Of a stretch of 64,000 bases of DNA, positions 37,696 to 47,056 are shown piece by piece (the stretch's first letter is position 1; each line of letters starts with the position of its first letter). The notes under the pieces are model-generated. The model was not told where the DNA came from and made no database searches. It saw only the letters and a program-made list of their open reading frames with translations. The stretch is from Minisyncoccota bacterium (GTDB taxonomy: Bacteria; Patescibacteriota; Minisyncoccia; Moranbacterales; UBA2206), in contig JARLIA010000001.1 in the NCBI GenBank assembly GCA_031291955.1, forward strand, positions 5,300 to 69,299, in the 5' to 3' direction. The translations under genes and the position numbers were made by a program.

Positions 37696-38907
37696 ATGTT
37701 AAAAAAAATATTTTTCATTATCTTAATTATCATTGTTTCCGGCATTAGCGGCATCACGGCCGACCATTATCTTTTTCCGTACCTGGCCTCGACGGATTTT
37801 TTCCAAGAGCATCAGTGGCTCAAAAAATCGGCCGAAAATACGACTATTATAAATAAAACAGAACAGGTTTACGTCAAAGAAGATTCATCCGTCGCCAAAC
37901 TCATGAGTCCAGTCACTTCGTCGATCGTGAATGTCATAAGTTATCCCAATCCGGACGCCAAGGTTAAAAATAAAACCGCATCGGATTTGGAAACCCAAGT
38001 CAAAAACGGTACCGGCGAAATCGTCACTAGTGACGGTTTGATTATGACTTATGCTGCCGCTATCAACTATGATCAGGTTAAAGATAATTCAAGCAGTCAG
38101 AGCGTGAACAATGCCGGGAGCGCGCTGGCGCCGACTTATAAATATAAAATACTGACCGGCGATGGCAATGCCTATGATGCGACTCTTCAAGGCGTTGATT
38201 CTTGGAGTGACTTGGCTTTTTTGAAAATTAACGCCAGCAATCTTCCAGTCGTTTCTTTTGGTAATTTCAGTGACTACCAAGCAGGGGAAAAAGTTATCGC
38301 TATCGGTAATAATTTTCCCGATTACGAAAATCGCTTTGACTCCGGCATCTTGAGCAGTTTTGATCCGACAGAAAACATTTCCGGCCAAACCTTAAGCGTG
38401 CCGGAAAAATTAGAAGGAGTTTTTAGGACTGATTTTTCCGCTGAGAACCCGCCGGTCGGCGGACCGGTTGTAGATTATTCCGGCCAAATTGTCGGCATTA
38501 TCGGTTCCGTTGAGAGTAATGGACAAACGGAATATTTTGAAATACCTACCGATAAAGTCCAATCCGTGTTGAATAAGGAAATCCAGAAGGGGTTTTCCGC
38601 TAATCCGATTCTGGGCATTTATTATTTGCCGATTACAAAGACCCTGTCTCTCACTGATAATTTAAATGTTGATCACGGCGCGCTGATTTATTCTTCTCTT
38701 GGCCAGCAGGGCTTGGCAGTGATTTCCGGCAGTCCGGCGCAAAAGGCCGGGCTTGAACTCGGGGACATCATTACCCAGGTTGACGGCAATGACGTTACGC
38801 TTTCAGACAATCTCTCTACTCAGCTTTATCAACACAAAACCGGCGACCAACTGAAGCTGACTGTTTGGCGCGCCGGGAAAACAATAGCGCTTGATGTACA
38901 GCTCTGA
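37696..38907 (+). CDS. HtrA-like trypsin-fold/PDZ protein with degenerate catalytic triad
   Basis: GTGEIVTSDGLIMTY, DLAFLKI, PPVGGPVV, PDZ GSPAQKAGL. Confidence 0.85.
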   Translation: MLKKIFFIILIIIVSGISGITADHYLFPYLASTDFFQEHQWLKKSAENTTIINKTEQVYVKEDSSVAKLMSPVTSSIVNVISYPNPDAKVKNKTASDLETQVKNGTGEIVTSDGLIMTYAAAINYDQVKDNSSSQSVNNAGSALAPTYKYKILTGDGNAYDATLQGVDSWSDLAFLKINASNLPVVSFGNFSDYQAGEKVIAIGNNFPDYENRFDSGILSSFDPTENISGQTLSVPEKLEGVFRTDFSAENPPVGGPVVDYSGQIVGIIGSVESNGQTEYFEIPTDKVQSVLNKEIQKGFSANPILGIYYLPITKTLSLTDNLNVDHGALIYSSLGQQGLAVISGSPAQKAGLELGDIITQVDGNDVTLSDNLSTQLYQHKTGDQLKLTVWRAGKTIALDVQL

Positions 38908-38952
38908 TCTTTATTTGAAAAATCCCTTGTTTCATAGTAGAATTATAATACT

Positions 38953-39567
38953 ATGAGCATTTTCCATTTGACTTCTTTTTCGGCGGCTTTCGTCTGGGTA
39001 ATCGCCCACGGCTATTTTTTGATGTTCCTCGCCATGCTGGTTGAGGGGCCGATTGTCACAGCCGCGGCGGCTTTTGCCACGGCTTTTGGATATTTCGACA
39101 TTTGGATCGTTTTTCTTCTTTCCATCTTTGGCGACATTGTGGCGGATGTTATCTATTACGTTATTGGTTATTACAGCCGCATCACTGTTATCGAAAAATT
39201 CGGGCATCACTTCGGTCTCACCACGGAGCGCATGAAAAAAATTGAAGCGACTCTCAACAATCATCCTGTCCGGACGCTTCTGGCTCTAAAAATGACCCCT
39301 GTCCTGCCAACGCCCGGGCTCATGATGGTCGGCGCCACCCGGATGCGGCTCAAAAAATTCATCACCATATGCATTGCTTTCATTATCCCCAAGAGTATAT
39401 TTTTTATTGTCGTTGGTTATTATTTTGGCGCCGCCTATGAGTTGATTCTGAAACGCTTTGAAAGAGGGGGTATTATTTTAGGCCTGGTAGCGGTCGTCAT
39501 CATCTTTATCTACTACGCTTTCGGAAAGTTTAGTGCTCGCTTAGGAGAACGGGTTGAAAAACTTTGA
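38953..39567 (+). CDS. DedA/VTT family membrane protein
   Basis: EGPIVT, GDIVADVIYYVIG, YYFG. Confidence 0.85.
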   Translation: MSIFHLTSFSAAFVWVIAHGYFLMFLAMLVEGPIVTAAAAFATAFGYFDIWIVFLLSIFGDIVADVIYYVIGYYSRITVIEKFGHHFGLTTERMKKIEATLNNHPVRTLLALKMTPVLPTPGLMMVGATRMRLKKFITICIAFIIPKSIFFIVVGYYFGAAYELILKRFERGGIILGLVAVVIIFIYYAFGKFSARLGERVEKL

Positions 39568-39590
39568 ATTGTGGTATAAAATACAAAGCA

Positions 39591-40793
39591 ATGAAGATAG
39601 CCATGTTTTCCGACAATTTTTATCCGGAAATGAGCGGGATATCAGATTCAATTGTTGCGACCGCCAAAGGACTGGCCAGTCATGGGCACAAGGTGAATTT
39701 TTACGTTCCCAGTCATCCGAAAAAGAATTTTTTAATTTCCAAACTGGAACCGAAAGAACTTGATCTTGGATCTAATATAGAAATTTTTCGTATTCCATCC
39801 CTCTTGTTTCCCGGAGCCCCGACCAAAGCGGGGAGGGCGGTGTTGCCTTTTCTTTTCACTTACCGCCACATTAAGAAATTCAAGCCTGATTTTATCCATG
39901 TTCACCATAATTTCGGCGCCGGGTTCGAGGCTTTGATGGTATCTCGACTTCTAGGCATTCCACTTATCGGCACCAATCACACGCCGATGAGCGAGTTTAT
40001 GAAATACAGTCCGATCAAAAATAAATGGGCTGAGAAGGCCATGCTTAAATATGTTAGCTGGTTTTATAATAAATGCCTTTGGGTTTCCTCGCCGAGTCAG
40101 GCCATACTCTCGGAAATGAGACATTACGGATTCCATCAGTCGGGATTTGCGGTATCCAATCCGGTCAATGTTTCCGATTTTAATCCGGTGAATGAAATTA
40201 AGAAGTTGGAATTAAAAAATAAATTCCGTTTGACATCAAAAACGGTTCTCTATACCGGAAGATTGGCCGAGGAAAAAAAAATCAGCGACATCATCCGGGC
40301 CATCGCCATTGTCCAGAAAAAATATTCCGATATTTCTTTCGCGATTACTGGCCATGGCAACGCCGAAGAAAAACTTAAGAAACTAGTGATTGACTTAAAA
40401 CTGGAGGATAACGTGAAATTTTTCGGATACGTAGATTGGAATGAATTCCCCAAACTTTATCAGGCTTGTGATATTTTCGCAGTTATGAGCACGGCCGAAA
40501 CCCAATGTATCAGCATGATGCAGGCCATGGCGACCGGTATTCCGGTGATTGGCGCCAATGCTTGGGGAATCCCGGAATATATCTCACCCGAATGCGGATA
40601 TGTTGTCGAGCCGGGGGATTATAAGGCGTTAGCCGATAAAATAATTTATCTCTTCGACCACTCCAAAGAAATGAAAAAAATGGGCCAAGGCGGAATCGAA
40701 CATGTCAAGAATTTTTCCGAAGAAAATATTATGCTAAAATGGGAAAAGATATATCAGGAACAATTGGAAAAAATAAAATCTGAAGTTAAATAA
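39591..40793 (+). CDS. Glycosyltransferase family 4 (diacylglycerol glucosyltransferase-like)
   Basis: MKIAMFSDNFYP..SG, TNHT, GRLAEEK, ETQCISMMQAMA. Confidence 0.88.
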   Translation: MKIAMFSDNFYPEMSGISDSIVATAKGLASHGHKVNFYVPSHPKKNFLISKLEPKELDLGSNIEIFRIPSLLFPGAPTKAGRAVLPFLFTYRHIKKFKPDFIHVHHNFGAGFEALMVSRLLGIPLIGTNHTPMSEFMKYSPIKNKWAEKAMLKYVSWFYNKCLWVSSPSQAILSEMRHYGFHQSGFAVSNPVNVSDFNPVNEIKKLELKNKFRLTSKTVLYTGRLAEEKKISDIIRAIAIVQKKYSDISFAITGHGNAEEKLKKLVIDLKLEDNVKFFGYVDWNEFPKLYQACDIFAVMSTAETQCISMMQAMATGIPVIGANAWGIPEYISPECGYVVEPGDYKALADKIIYLFDHSKEMKKMGQGGIEHVKNFSEENIMLKWEKIYQEQLEKIKSEVK

Positions 40794-40798
40794 TCAAT

Positions 40799-41548
40799 AT
40801 GAAACTCTCATTTGTCATTCCAGCTTGGAATGAAGAAAAATATATCGCCCGGACACTGGACTCTGTCATTCGCCAGGTGAAAAAGAGCGGACGCGACATT
40901 GAGATAATTGTCGTCAACAATGCCAGTCGTGACCGGACTGGTGAAATTGCTCGACAGTATCCGGACGTCATTGTAGTGGATGAACCGCGGAAGGGCTTGC
41001 CGCAAGCCCGCCAGGCCGGATTTTTGGCCGCGAGCGGCGATTTGATTGCCAATATGGACGCGGATTCCATCCTGCCGGAAGGCTGGATCGAGAAAACATA
41101 TGAACATTTTTCCAATGACCCCAAATTGGCTTCTTTAAGTGGACCATATCAATATTATGAATATTCTGCTCCCCAGAATTTTATTGTCAGTCTCTATTAT
41201 GTGCCAGCCTTCATGGCTCATTCCATTGGCCGTCGACTCTTTGGAAAAGGCGGGATTATCCAGGGTGGCAATTTTGTTCTGAAGCGCTCGGCGCTGGAGC
41301 GGGTTGGTGGGTTCAATACTGATATCAAATTTTACGGCGAAGACACGGATATTGCCCGCCGCATCCAGGCGGCCGGCAAGGTGAAATTCGATTTTAGCTT
41401 CAAGATGACTACTTCCGCCCGCCGTCTCCAGAAAGACGGATTCTGGAAAACAGCCTGGCGATATTCCATTAATCACTTTTGGATACTTCTCTTCAAAAAA
41501 CCGTTCACTCAAAGCTACACTTGCGTTGGAAATGATGATGTGAAATAA
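40799..41548 (+). CDS. Glycosyltransferase family 2
   Basis: VIPAWNEE, DADS, GGFN....YGED, TSARR. Confidence 0.92.
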   Translation: MKLSFVIPAWNEEKYIARTLDSVIRQVKKSGRDIEIIVVNNASRDRTGEIARQYPDVIVVDEPRKGLPQARQAGFLAASGDLIANMDADSILPEGWIEKTYEHFSNDPKLASLSGPYQYYEYSAPQNFIVSLYYVPAFMAHSIGRRLFGKGGIIQGGNFVLKRSALERVGGFNTDIKFYGEDTDIARRIQAAGKVKFDFSFKMTTSARRLQKDGFWKTAWRYSINHFWILLFKKPFTQSYTCVGNDDVK

Positions 41549-41590
41549 ACTACGGGCGCCAAAAAAATAAAAACGAAGCCCGTTTTTTAA

Positions 41591-42073
41591 ATGTTTAATT
41601 TTTTTTCTATGGTTAGCAAAATAAAAAAAATAAAACCTCTCTTTGACATTAGGAAGCAGAACAAGCGAAAAATGTTTATCGTGTTGGTTTCTTTTCTCGC
41701 TGCCTTTGCCGTGGCTCATCTTTATGCCCTTCATTTTACCCATTACGTCTACATCAAGGGCTATCACATCCATCACTTTTATTTCGGCACAGTCGCTTTG
41801 GCGCTGGGCGGAATTTTGGGCATTTTGAATGACAGCCACCACAAACGGCGCATTGAGTTTGCCAGCGCGCTGATCGGAATCGGAATGGGATTGTTTGCCG
41901 ACGAAATCGGTCTGCTTCTCAATTGTACCAGCCAGAACCATCTTTGCGCTTATGCTTTCCCAGATACCGGTGACATCATTATGACCATCGCCATCATAAT
42001 CATTTTTCTAATTGCTTTAGCCGATTCGGACATTGAGGCCCTGAAGAAGAAATATTTCAAAAATAAAAGTTAA
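41591..42073 (+). CDS. Hypothetical membrane protein (HIHH / DE motif)
   Basis: YHIHHFYFG, GLFADEIG, about 4 TM; start uncertain. Confidence 0.65.
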   Translation: MFNFFSMVSKIKKIKPLFDIRKQNKRKMFIVLVSFLAAFAVAHLYALHFTHYVYIKGYHIHHFYFGTVALALGGILGILNDSHHKRRIEFASALIGIGMGLFADEIGLLLNCTSQNHLCAYAFPDTGDIIMTIAIIIIFLIALADSDIEALKKKYFKNKS

Positions 42074-43608
42074 TCCAGTTCACTTACGACCGGCTTTTCA
42101 CGTTTCGCCATTTTAAGGAGGATATTCAAATCTTCCTTTTTTAATTCCCGCAGAAAATAAAGAATGGAAAGGTAGAGTGCGAACAGGATGGCCGACCAGA
42201 GAATAAAGAAATAGCTGTTGCGGGAAAAAGCGAAAGCGGCGACCGTCATGACCAGCGCGGCCATGATCATCTTCCAAAAACTTTTTGATTTGAATATATA
42301 TCCAAACTCATGGTAAGTATAGACAAGCGTAAAGAGCATGATCGCGAGAGCCATAAGAGCTGTCCCGGAAGCAGCACCGATGAGCCCGTATATTTTAATG
42401 AGAAAATAGGTGACAATTGTGTTGAGGAAAAGTCCGATGAGGGCGGCGTACATCGGAATCTTGACTTTGCCGGCACCATTAAGAATGAAAGTCAGGACGT
42501 AAAAAACAGTCAAAAATCCTTCGGCAAAAACATAAATCGACATCACCGGCGCCGAAAGTGCGAAGCGCTTAGAAAAGAAAACCACCATGAGAGGGAAAGA
42601 GAAATAAGACATCAGGATGCAAACGGGAATCAAAAGCATCACCAAAAAACGCAGAGATTGACTAACAATCTTTTTCGTTTCGGTGTCCTGTCCGGCTGAG
42701 GTCGTTTTGGAAACAGCCGGCAAAAGGACGATTGTGAGGGCGTAGAAAAGATTGTAGGGGATGGTGCCGACGGTGTAAGCCGCGTTATATAGTCCAGTTT
42801 GGATATCCGAACGGAGAATGCCCTTGACCAGATAAAGGTCGATGGTGTTTAAGAATTGGTAAGCGATCAAAAAAATCGTGACCGGCCAAGCGAAGGCGGC
42901 CAGTTTTTTCCAGTCAAATGAAGATTGTGAATTTTCCTGCGTAGAGACGCGATTAATCGCGTCTCTACCCGGCGCGACCTGGAATTCTTTCTTAATTTTA
43001 AATTTATCAATGGCTAATCCTAATAAAAATAATACGAACGGCGCGGCGGCATAACCCAAAATCGCTCCCTGAACGGCCAGTCCGCGCGGCCGGAGAAGCA
43101 GGGTCAGGCCAATGATGAAAACCATCCGCAAGACGCCCCGACTGGTTTTGAGCCAAGCTTGGATTTTAAATTTATGAAGGCCGGTGTAATAGTAGAAATA
43201 AAAAGAGGCTGCCGCAAAAGCCGGGATCACCAAAGTTGAAAGTCGAAATAGATTTGTCAGACTCGGATCATGAAGGATGCGCGCGATGACCGGCGAAAGA
43301 AAATAGAACGCGATCGTCACTACTCCGATCAGAATAATTTGGATTTTGATCGTTTGTTTTTTGATGGCAGCCACCATTCCTTTGTCTGTTTCGAAAATCT
43401 CGCTTAAATATTTGGACATGGCTGTGGGCACGCTCTGTCCGATCAGCACCACTGTCATAGTGGTCAGTGTTACGATGATTCCGAAAACGCCATATTCAGC
43501 CGGCCCCAAGACCCGCCCCATCGTCACCTGGATAACATAAGACGAGAGATTGAAAATAATCTCCGAGATAGTAACGATCAGCGTTGATTTGGCGAGAAAA
43601 TTAGGCAT
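42070..43608 (-). CDS. Wzx-type oligosaccharide flippase (MOP family)
   Basis: RVLGPAEYG, IDLYLVK, GLYNAAY, LLPAVS, YGLIGAA; about 14 TM. Confidence 0.9.
   Translation of the reverse strand: MPNFLAKSTLIVTISEIIFNLSSYVIQVTMGRVLGPAEYGVFGIIVTLTTMTVVLIGQSVPTAMSKYLSEIFETDKGMVAAIKKQTIKIQIILIGVVTIAFYFLSPVIARILHDPSLTNLFRLSTLVIPAFAAASFYFYYYTGLHKFKIQAWLKTSRGVLRMVFIIGLTLLLRPRGLAVQGAILGYAAAPFVLFLLGLAIDKFKIKKEFQVAPGRDAINRVSTQENSQSSFDWKKLAAFAWPVTIFLIAYQFLNTIDLYLVKGILRSDIQTGLYNAAYTVGTIPYNLFYALTIVLLPAVSKTTSAGQDTETKKIVSQSLRFLVMLLIPVCILMSYFSFPLMVVFFSKRFALSAPVMSIYVFAEGFLTVFYVLTFILNGAGKVKIPMYAALIGLFLNTIVTYFLIKIYGLIGAASGTALMALAIMLFTLVYTYHEFGYIFKSKSFWKMIMAALVMTVAAFAFSRNSYFFILWSAILFALYLSILYFLRELKKEDLNILLKMAKREKPVVSELD
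42941..42968. repeat. Perfect 28-bp GTAG-type REP palindrome in frame within the flippase
   Basis: GTAGAGACGCGATTAATCGCGTCTCTAC encodes GRDAINRVST. Confidence 0.85.
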
Positions 43609-43611
43609 TAT

Positions 43612-44199
43612 CTATATTGATAAATTTTTTATTTCTTCAAAAATTTCTTCTTTTCCGCGGCTACCATCAATAACTTTCAAATTCCACTCGGAAATTTTGG
43701 CGTCATATAATTCTTTTTTCTTTGCCAGATATTCCAAACCCTGGTCCGGTTTTCTTTCACGAGACATGATGAGAGCAGGGGAGAGTTGGAGATAAATGGC
43801 CACATCAGGCGTGAGAATGCTGTCCGTAGTGGGAAAAAATTTTTGCCCACTACGCGATTCATCCAGATATTCGATATTCACCAGTGAATCATAAAAATAC
43901 CGATCGCTTAAAATATAATCATAACCGGATTTACGTAGTTGATTACGTAAACACCCAAAACGCCAAATGTCGATCCGCAAAAATATTTTCCGGAGCCAAA
44001 TCTGCAGCGGCGACGCTTTGGTCACGCTCTTGCTCTCGCCAGGGTTTTCGTTTTTACCTGACAATTTATTGGCCAGGGAGAAAGTTATCGCGTGGAAATA
44101 AAAAACTTTGGAACCATGCGATTCCAAATATTTTTGCAACAATTTTATCTGGGTTGATTTCCCGGATCCGTCCAGGCCGGAAATAGTAACAATCTTCAT
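43612..44199 (-). CDS. Thymidylate-kinase-like P-loop kinase
   Basis: ISGLDGSGKSTQ, LSDRYFYDS, PDVAIYL; ATG 44199 preferred. Confidence 0.85.
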   Translation of the reverse strand: MKIVTISGLDGSGKSTQIKLLQKYLESHGSKVFYFHAITFSLANKLSGKNENPGESKSVTKASPLQIWLRKIFLRIDIWRFGCLRNQLRKSGYDYILSDRYFYDSLVNIEYLDESRSGQKFFPTTDSILTPDVAIYLQLSPALIMSRERKPDQGLEYLAKKKELYDAKISEWNLKVIDGSRGKEEIFEEIKNLSI

Positions 44200-44209
44200 A
44201 ACTTTAAAT

Positions 44210-45715
44210 CTAATACATAATGACTGCCACTGGTTGCATCTTGGCCACGACATGGGCGATGCCGTTGACTTCGACGCCTTCAATCACGCGGTTGATATCT
44301 TTGTAACGAGCGGAGTCTTGTTTAATAACGGTCGAGGATTGGGCATTGTAGAGTTTGACACCCTTAGCTGCCATCTTGGCGAATAATTCACTTTTATTCG
44401 CGATTGATTTTTCGTTCTTGTTCTGGCCTTTGCCGGTGCCGTGCGGGGCGGAAAAGAAACTTTCCTCGTTCCGGTCGGTGCCGACGCAAATGTAGGCATC
44501 AGTCGCCATAGAAGAGGGGATGAAGGCCGGTTCGCCGGTTTTTTTGTATACCGGATGCTTAGTCTTGGCTGGACCGAAAGCGCGGGAAGTGTTACTGCGG
44601 TGGACCCAGACATCTTGTCCAAAATGATTTTCTTTGGAAATCGAGATATGCGGCATGTCATAGACCAGATCCAGTTCTGGATCACGTCCGAACATATTTT
44701 TAATCGTCTCCGAAATGTTGTGGGTGATGACCGCCCGGTTAGCGGTGCCGAAGTTCGATGCGGCCGCCCGAGCTTGCATATAGAGCTTGCCGTCCGGTCC
44801 GTCGCCGTCATATTTCAAAAGCGATTCGTCTCCGGCCATATGATTTTTGATTTTTTCCTGCATTTTGCGGTAGGCCTCTTTTTTCCGGGTGCTGAAAGTC
44901 AACTTTCCCAAAGTCACCATCGCGGCCTGCGAAAAGTGTTCGCGTTTTTTGGCGGTGTGGGTATACATCGTATATTGCCCCAAAATTCCCGAGCCGGTGT
45001 GGATCATAAAAAGATACTGGCCTTTCTTGAGACCCATGATTTTAGCCGTCTCTGGATCAATGACGTCGCCGACTTTCATGAGATCCAAAAAGTGGTTGCC
45101 GGCCGCTCCCAGGACGCCGAGGCGAAATTTGGCAAAAAACAAGTAGAGTTTGGGAATGACGTCAAAAATATCCTGGCGCATTATCTCGCCTGTGAAAAAA
45201 TTTCCGCCGTTCTGGGTGTTTTCCAGTTCATTTTTGGTTTTGATTTTTAAATAATCAATGATAGCCGAAGTGCCTTTCCGGCAAACGTCCACCACGACAT
45301 TAAATGGCACCTTCGTACCCATAAATCTTTTGGTTGGCACGGACTCGACCAGTTCTTTGAATAATTTATCAACATTTTCTGGCGAAAAATTTTCCTCAGT
45401 CAGACTGGTTTTTATGAGGCGCATCCCACAGTTTGGATCGGAATCATTGACCTGGGGAAGGATATATTTTTCCGAAACAATCACCGTTCCGGAAGCATTC
45501 TTCCGGCCGGGCTTCGAACAGACATCTGGCATGGCGACCGTCTGGCGAAATAGAGTATTCTTGTTTGAAGCAACGTCTTCCGCTTTGGCAAAAGTTTCTT
45601 CGTCTGGCAAAAGATCCCGGCTCATGAAAAACCGGCTGGGAACAGACATCTTTTCCGTTTTGAAATCATATTGATGCGGAGTGATTTCCTTGAGATTTTT
45701 TTCTTTATAGCCCAT
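44210..45715 (-). CDS. Divergent RtcB-family ligase
   Basis: MPD, DPNCGMRL, GNHFL, IHTGS, YDMPH, VHR...RAF, IPSSM, SAPHGTGK, YKDI. Confidence 0.9.
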   Translation of the reverse strand: MGYKEKNLKEITPHQYDFKTEKMSVPSRFFMSRDLLPDEETFAKAEDVASNKNTLFRQTVAMPDVCSKPGRKNASGTVIVSEKYILPQVNDSDPNCGMRLIKTSLTEENFSPENVDKLFKELVESVPTKRFMGTKVPFNVVVDVCRKGTSAIIDYLKIKTKNELENTQNGGNFFTGEIMRQDIFDVIPKLYLFFAKFRLGVLGAAGNHFLDLMKVGDVIDPETAKIMGLKKGQYLFMIHTGSGILGQYTMYTHTAKKREHFSQAAMVTLGKLTFSTRKKEAYRKMQEKIKNHMAGDESLLKYDGDGPDGKLYMQARAAASNFGTANRAVITHNISETIKNMFGRDPELDLVYDMPHISISKENHFGQDVWVHRSNTSRAFGPAKTKHPVYKKTGEPAFIPSSMATDAYICVGTDRNEESFFSAPHGTGKGQNKNEKSIANKSELFAKMAAKGVKLYNAQSSTVIKQDSARYKDINRVIEGVEVNGIAHVVAKMQPVAVIMY

Positions 45716-45720
45716 AATGG

Positions 45721-46836
45721 TTACATTTTTTCGTATGTTTGCTTATAAATCTCCGCGATTTTTTTAATGTCAAATCTTTCTTCGACAAATTTCCTCGCTT
45801 CCTGGCCGATGTTCGCGCGTTTTTCCGGTGACTTATATAAATCCAAAACCGCCGCGACCAATTGCGCTTGATTGCCTTTTTCTATTATAACAGAATTTTG
45901 TCCATTCGACAGCTCGGAAAGAATCGGCAAATCGGAAAGAATGACCGGTTTTTCGCAGGCCATGGCCTCCACGACTGCCAGGGGAATGTCAAATTTTCCT
46001 TTCATGTCGCTGACAGGAAATAAGCTCACGTCACATAGATTATAAACATCCGCCATTTTGTAGCTACCGTCGTCAAAAAAAGAAACTTTTTCGAGCAGAT
46101 TATTTTCTTCCAATTTTTTAACCACCTCGGTTTTTTTGCGGGCATCTTTCTCGTTCTTTATCCGGGCTGCCATAGACAATTTGGCGGCAGGGATTTTTTT
46201 GGCTACTTCGATAAAGCTATCAACAACAATATCGATTGCCCCCAGGCGCGTGTACTCGCCGGTAAAATTAATCACAAAATCTTTCTCGCCGATATTTTTC
46301 TTTTGCATCAAGGCGCTGTCCTTTTCCGCCTTCTTGTATTCTACAATGTCTATTCCCGGGTAGACGCGCTTGACGTTGCCAAATCCCAATGAGTTCAATT
46401 TGTTTTTGGCGTAATCGGAATAAGTAATGATGATATCTCCAAACATCAGCTTTTTTATTTCTTCATCAGAATATAAATCTTGGCGCAAAGTGGCGACCGT
46501 TTGGATGGTTCTGGTTTTTTTGGATTTAAGAAAATTTTTCAGGAAAAAAGAATTAAGCTTGGTCGGAGTGAAAAAGTGATGGGCGACGTCAAAAGCATTC
46601 TTATTCTTGAATTGAAAAAACAGCGATCTCAGTTTTTGGGAAAAGGTAAAATCGTTTTGCGAGGAAGTGTAGATCGGATGCTGAACGATATTTTTCCCCA
46701 ATTCCGGCAAAATTCCTTTGGTCAGAAGATGCATTTCGAGCGTATCCAAATTTCTGGCCAGATAATAGGCAAAATTTTTGGACGCCTCGTCCCACGGCGG
46801 CGCAATCGGCCGGGTAATGAGCAATATTTTTTTCAT
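45721..46836 (-). CDS. Glycosyltransferase family 4
   Basis: PPWDEASKN, KFDIPLAVVEAMACEKPVILSD. Confidence 0.88.
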   Translation of the reverse strand: MKKILLITRPIAPPWDEASKNFAYYLARNLDTLEMHLLTKGILPELGKNIVQHPIYTSSQNDFTFSQKLRSLFFQFKNKNAFDVAHHFFTPTKLNSFFLKNFLKSKKTRTIQTVATLRQDLYSDEEIKKLMFGDIIITYSDYAKNKLNSLGFGNVKRVYPGIDIVEYKKAEKDSALMQKKNIGEKDFVINFTGEYTRLGAIDIVVDSFIEVAKKIPAAKLSMAARIKNEKDARKKTEVVKKLEENNLLEKVSFFDDGSYKMADVYNLCDVSLFPVSDMKGKFDIPLAVVEAMACEKPVILSDLPILSELSNGQNSVIIEKGNQAQLVAAVLDLYKSPEKRANIGQEARKFVEERFDIKKIAEIYKQTYEKM

Positions 46837-46890
46837 GTGAAATAAATTTCAGTTATATTCGTACTAAACTTTAGAACCTTTAATTTCAGC

Positions 46891-47055
46891 CCAAATGACG
46901 AATTTTGAGGTTTGCATCGCAAATCTCGGGAATCGTCTGGCAATTCGGCTCGGCAGTGAATTTGGTTCGGATGGTTTTTGTATAAAACCATCCATGAGTA
47001 TAGCTATGCTATATTCTCCACATCCAACCAATTCACTTCCGAGTCTTTTTCTTTT
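46891..47055 (+). other. Highly structured intergenic element (several hairpins)
   Basis: 19-bp stem 46897-46937; long stem 46949-46973/47021-47043 enclosing further hairpins; followed by a T-rich run. Confidence 0.55.
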
Positions 47056-47056
47056 G

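Noticed and set aside
44210-45715. Calling the gene canonical rtcB (RNA repair) or a pseudogene
   Set aside because: The ORF and catalytic residues are intact, but several family motifs and the genomic context differ, so no gene symbol was assigned.
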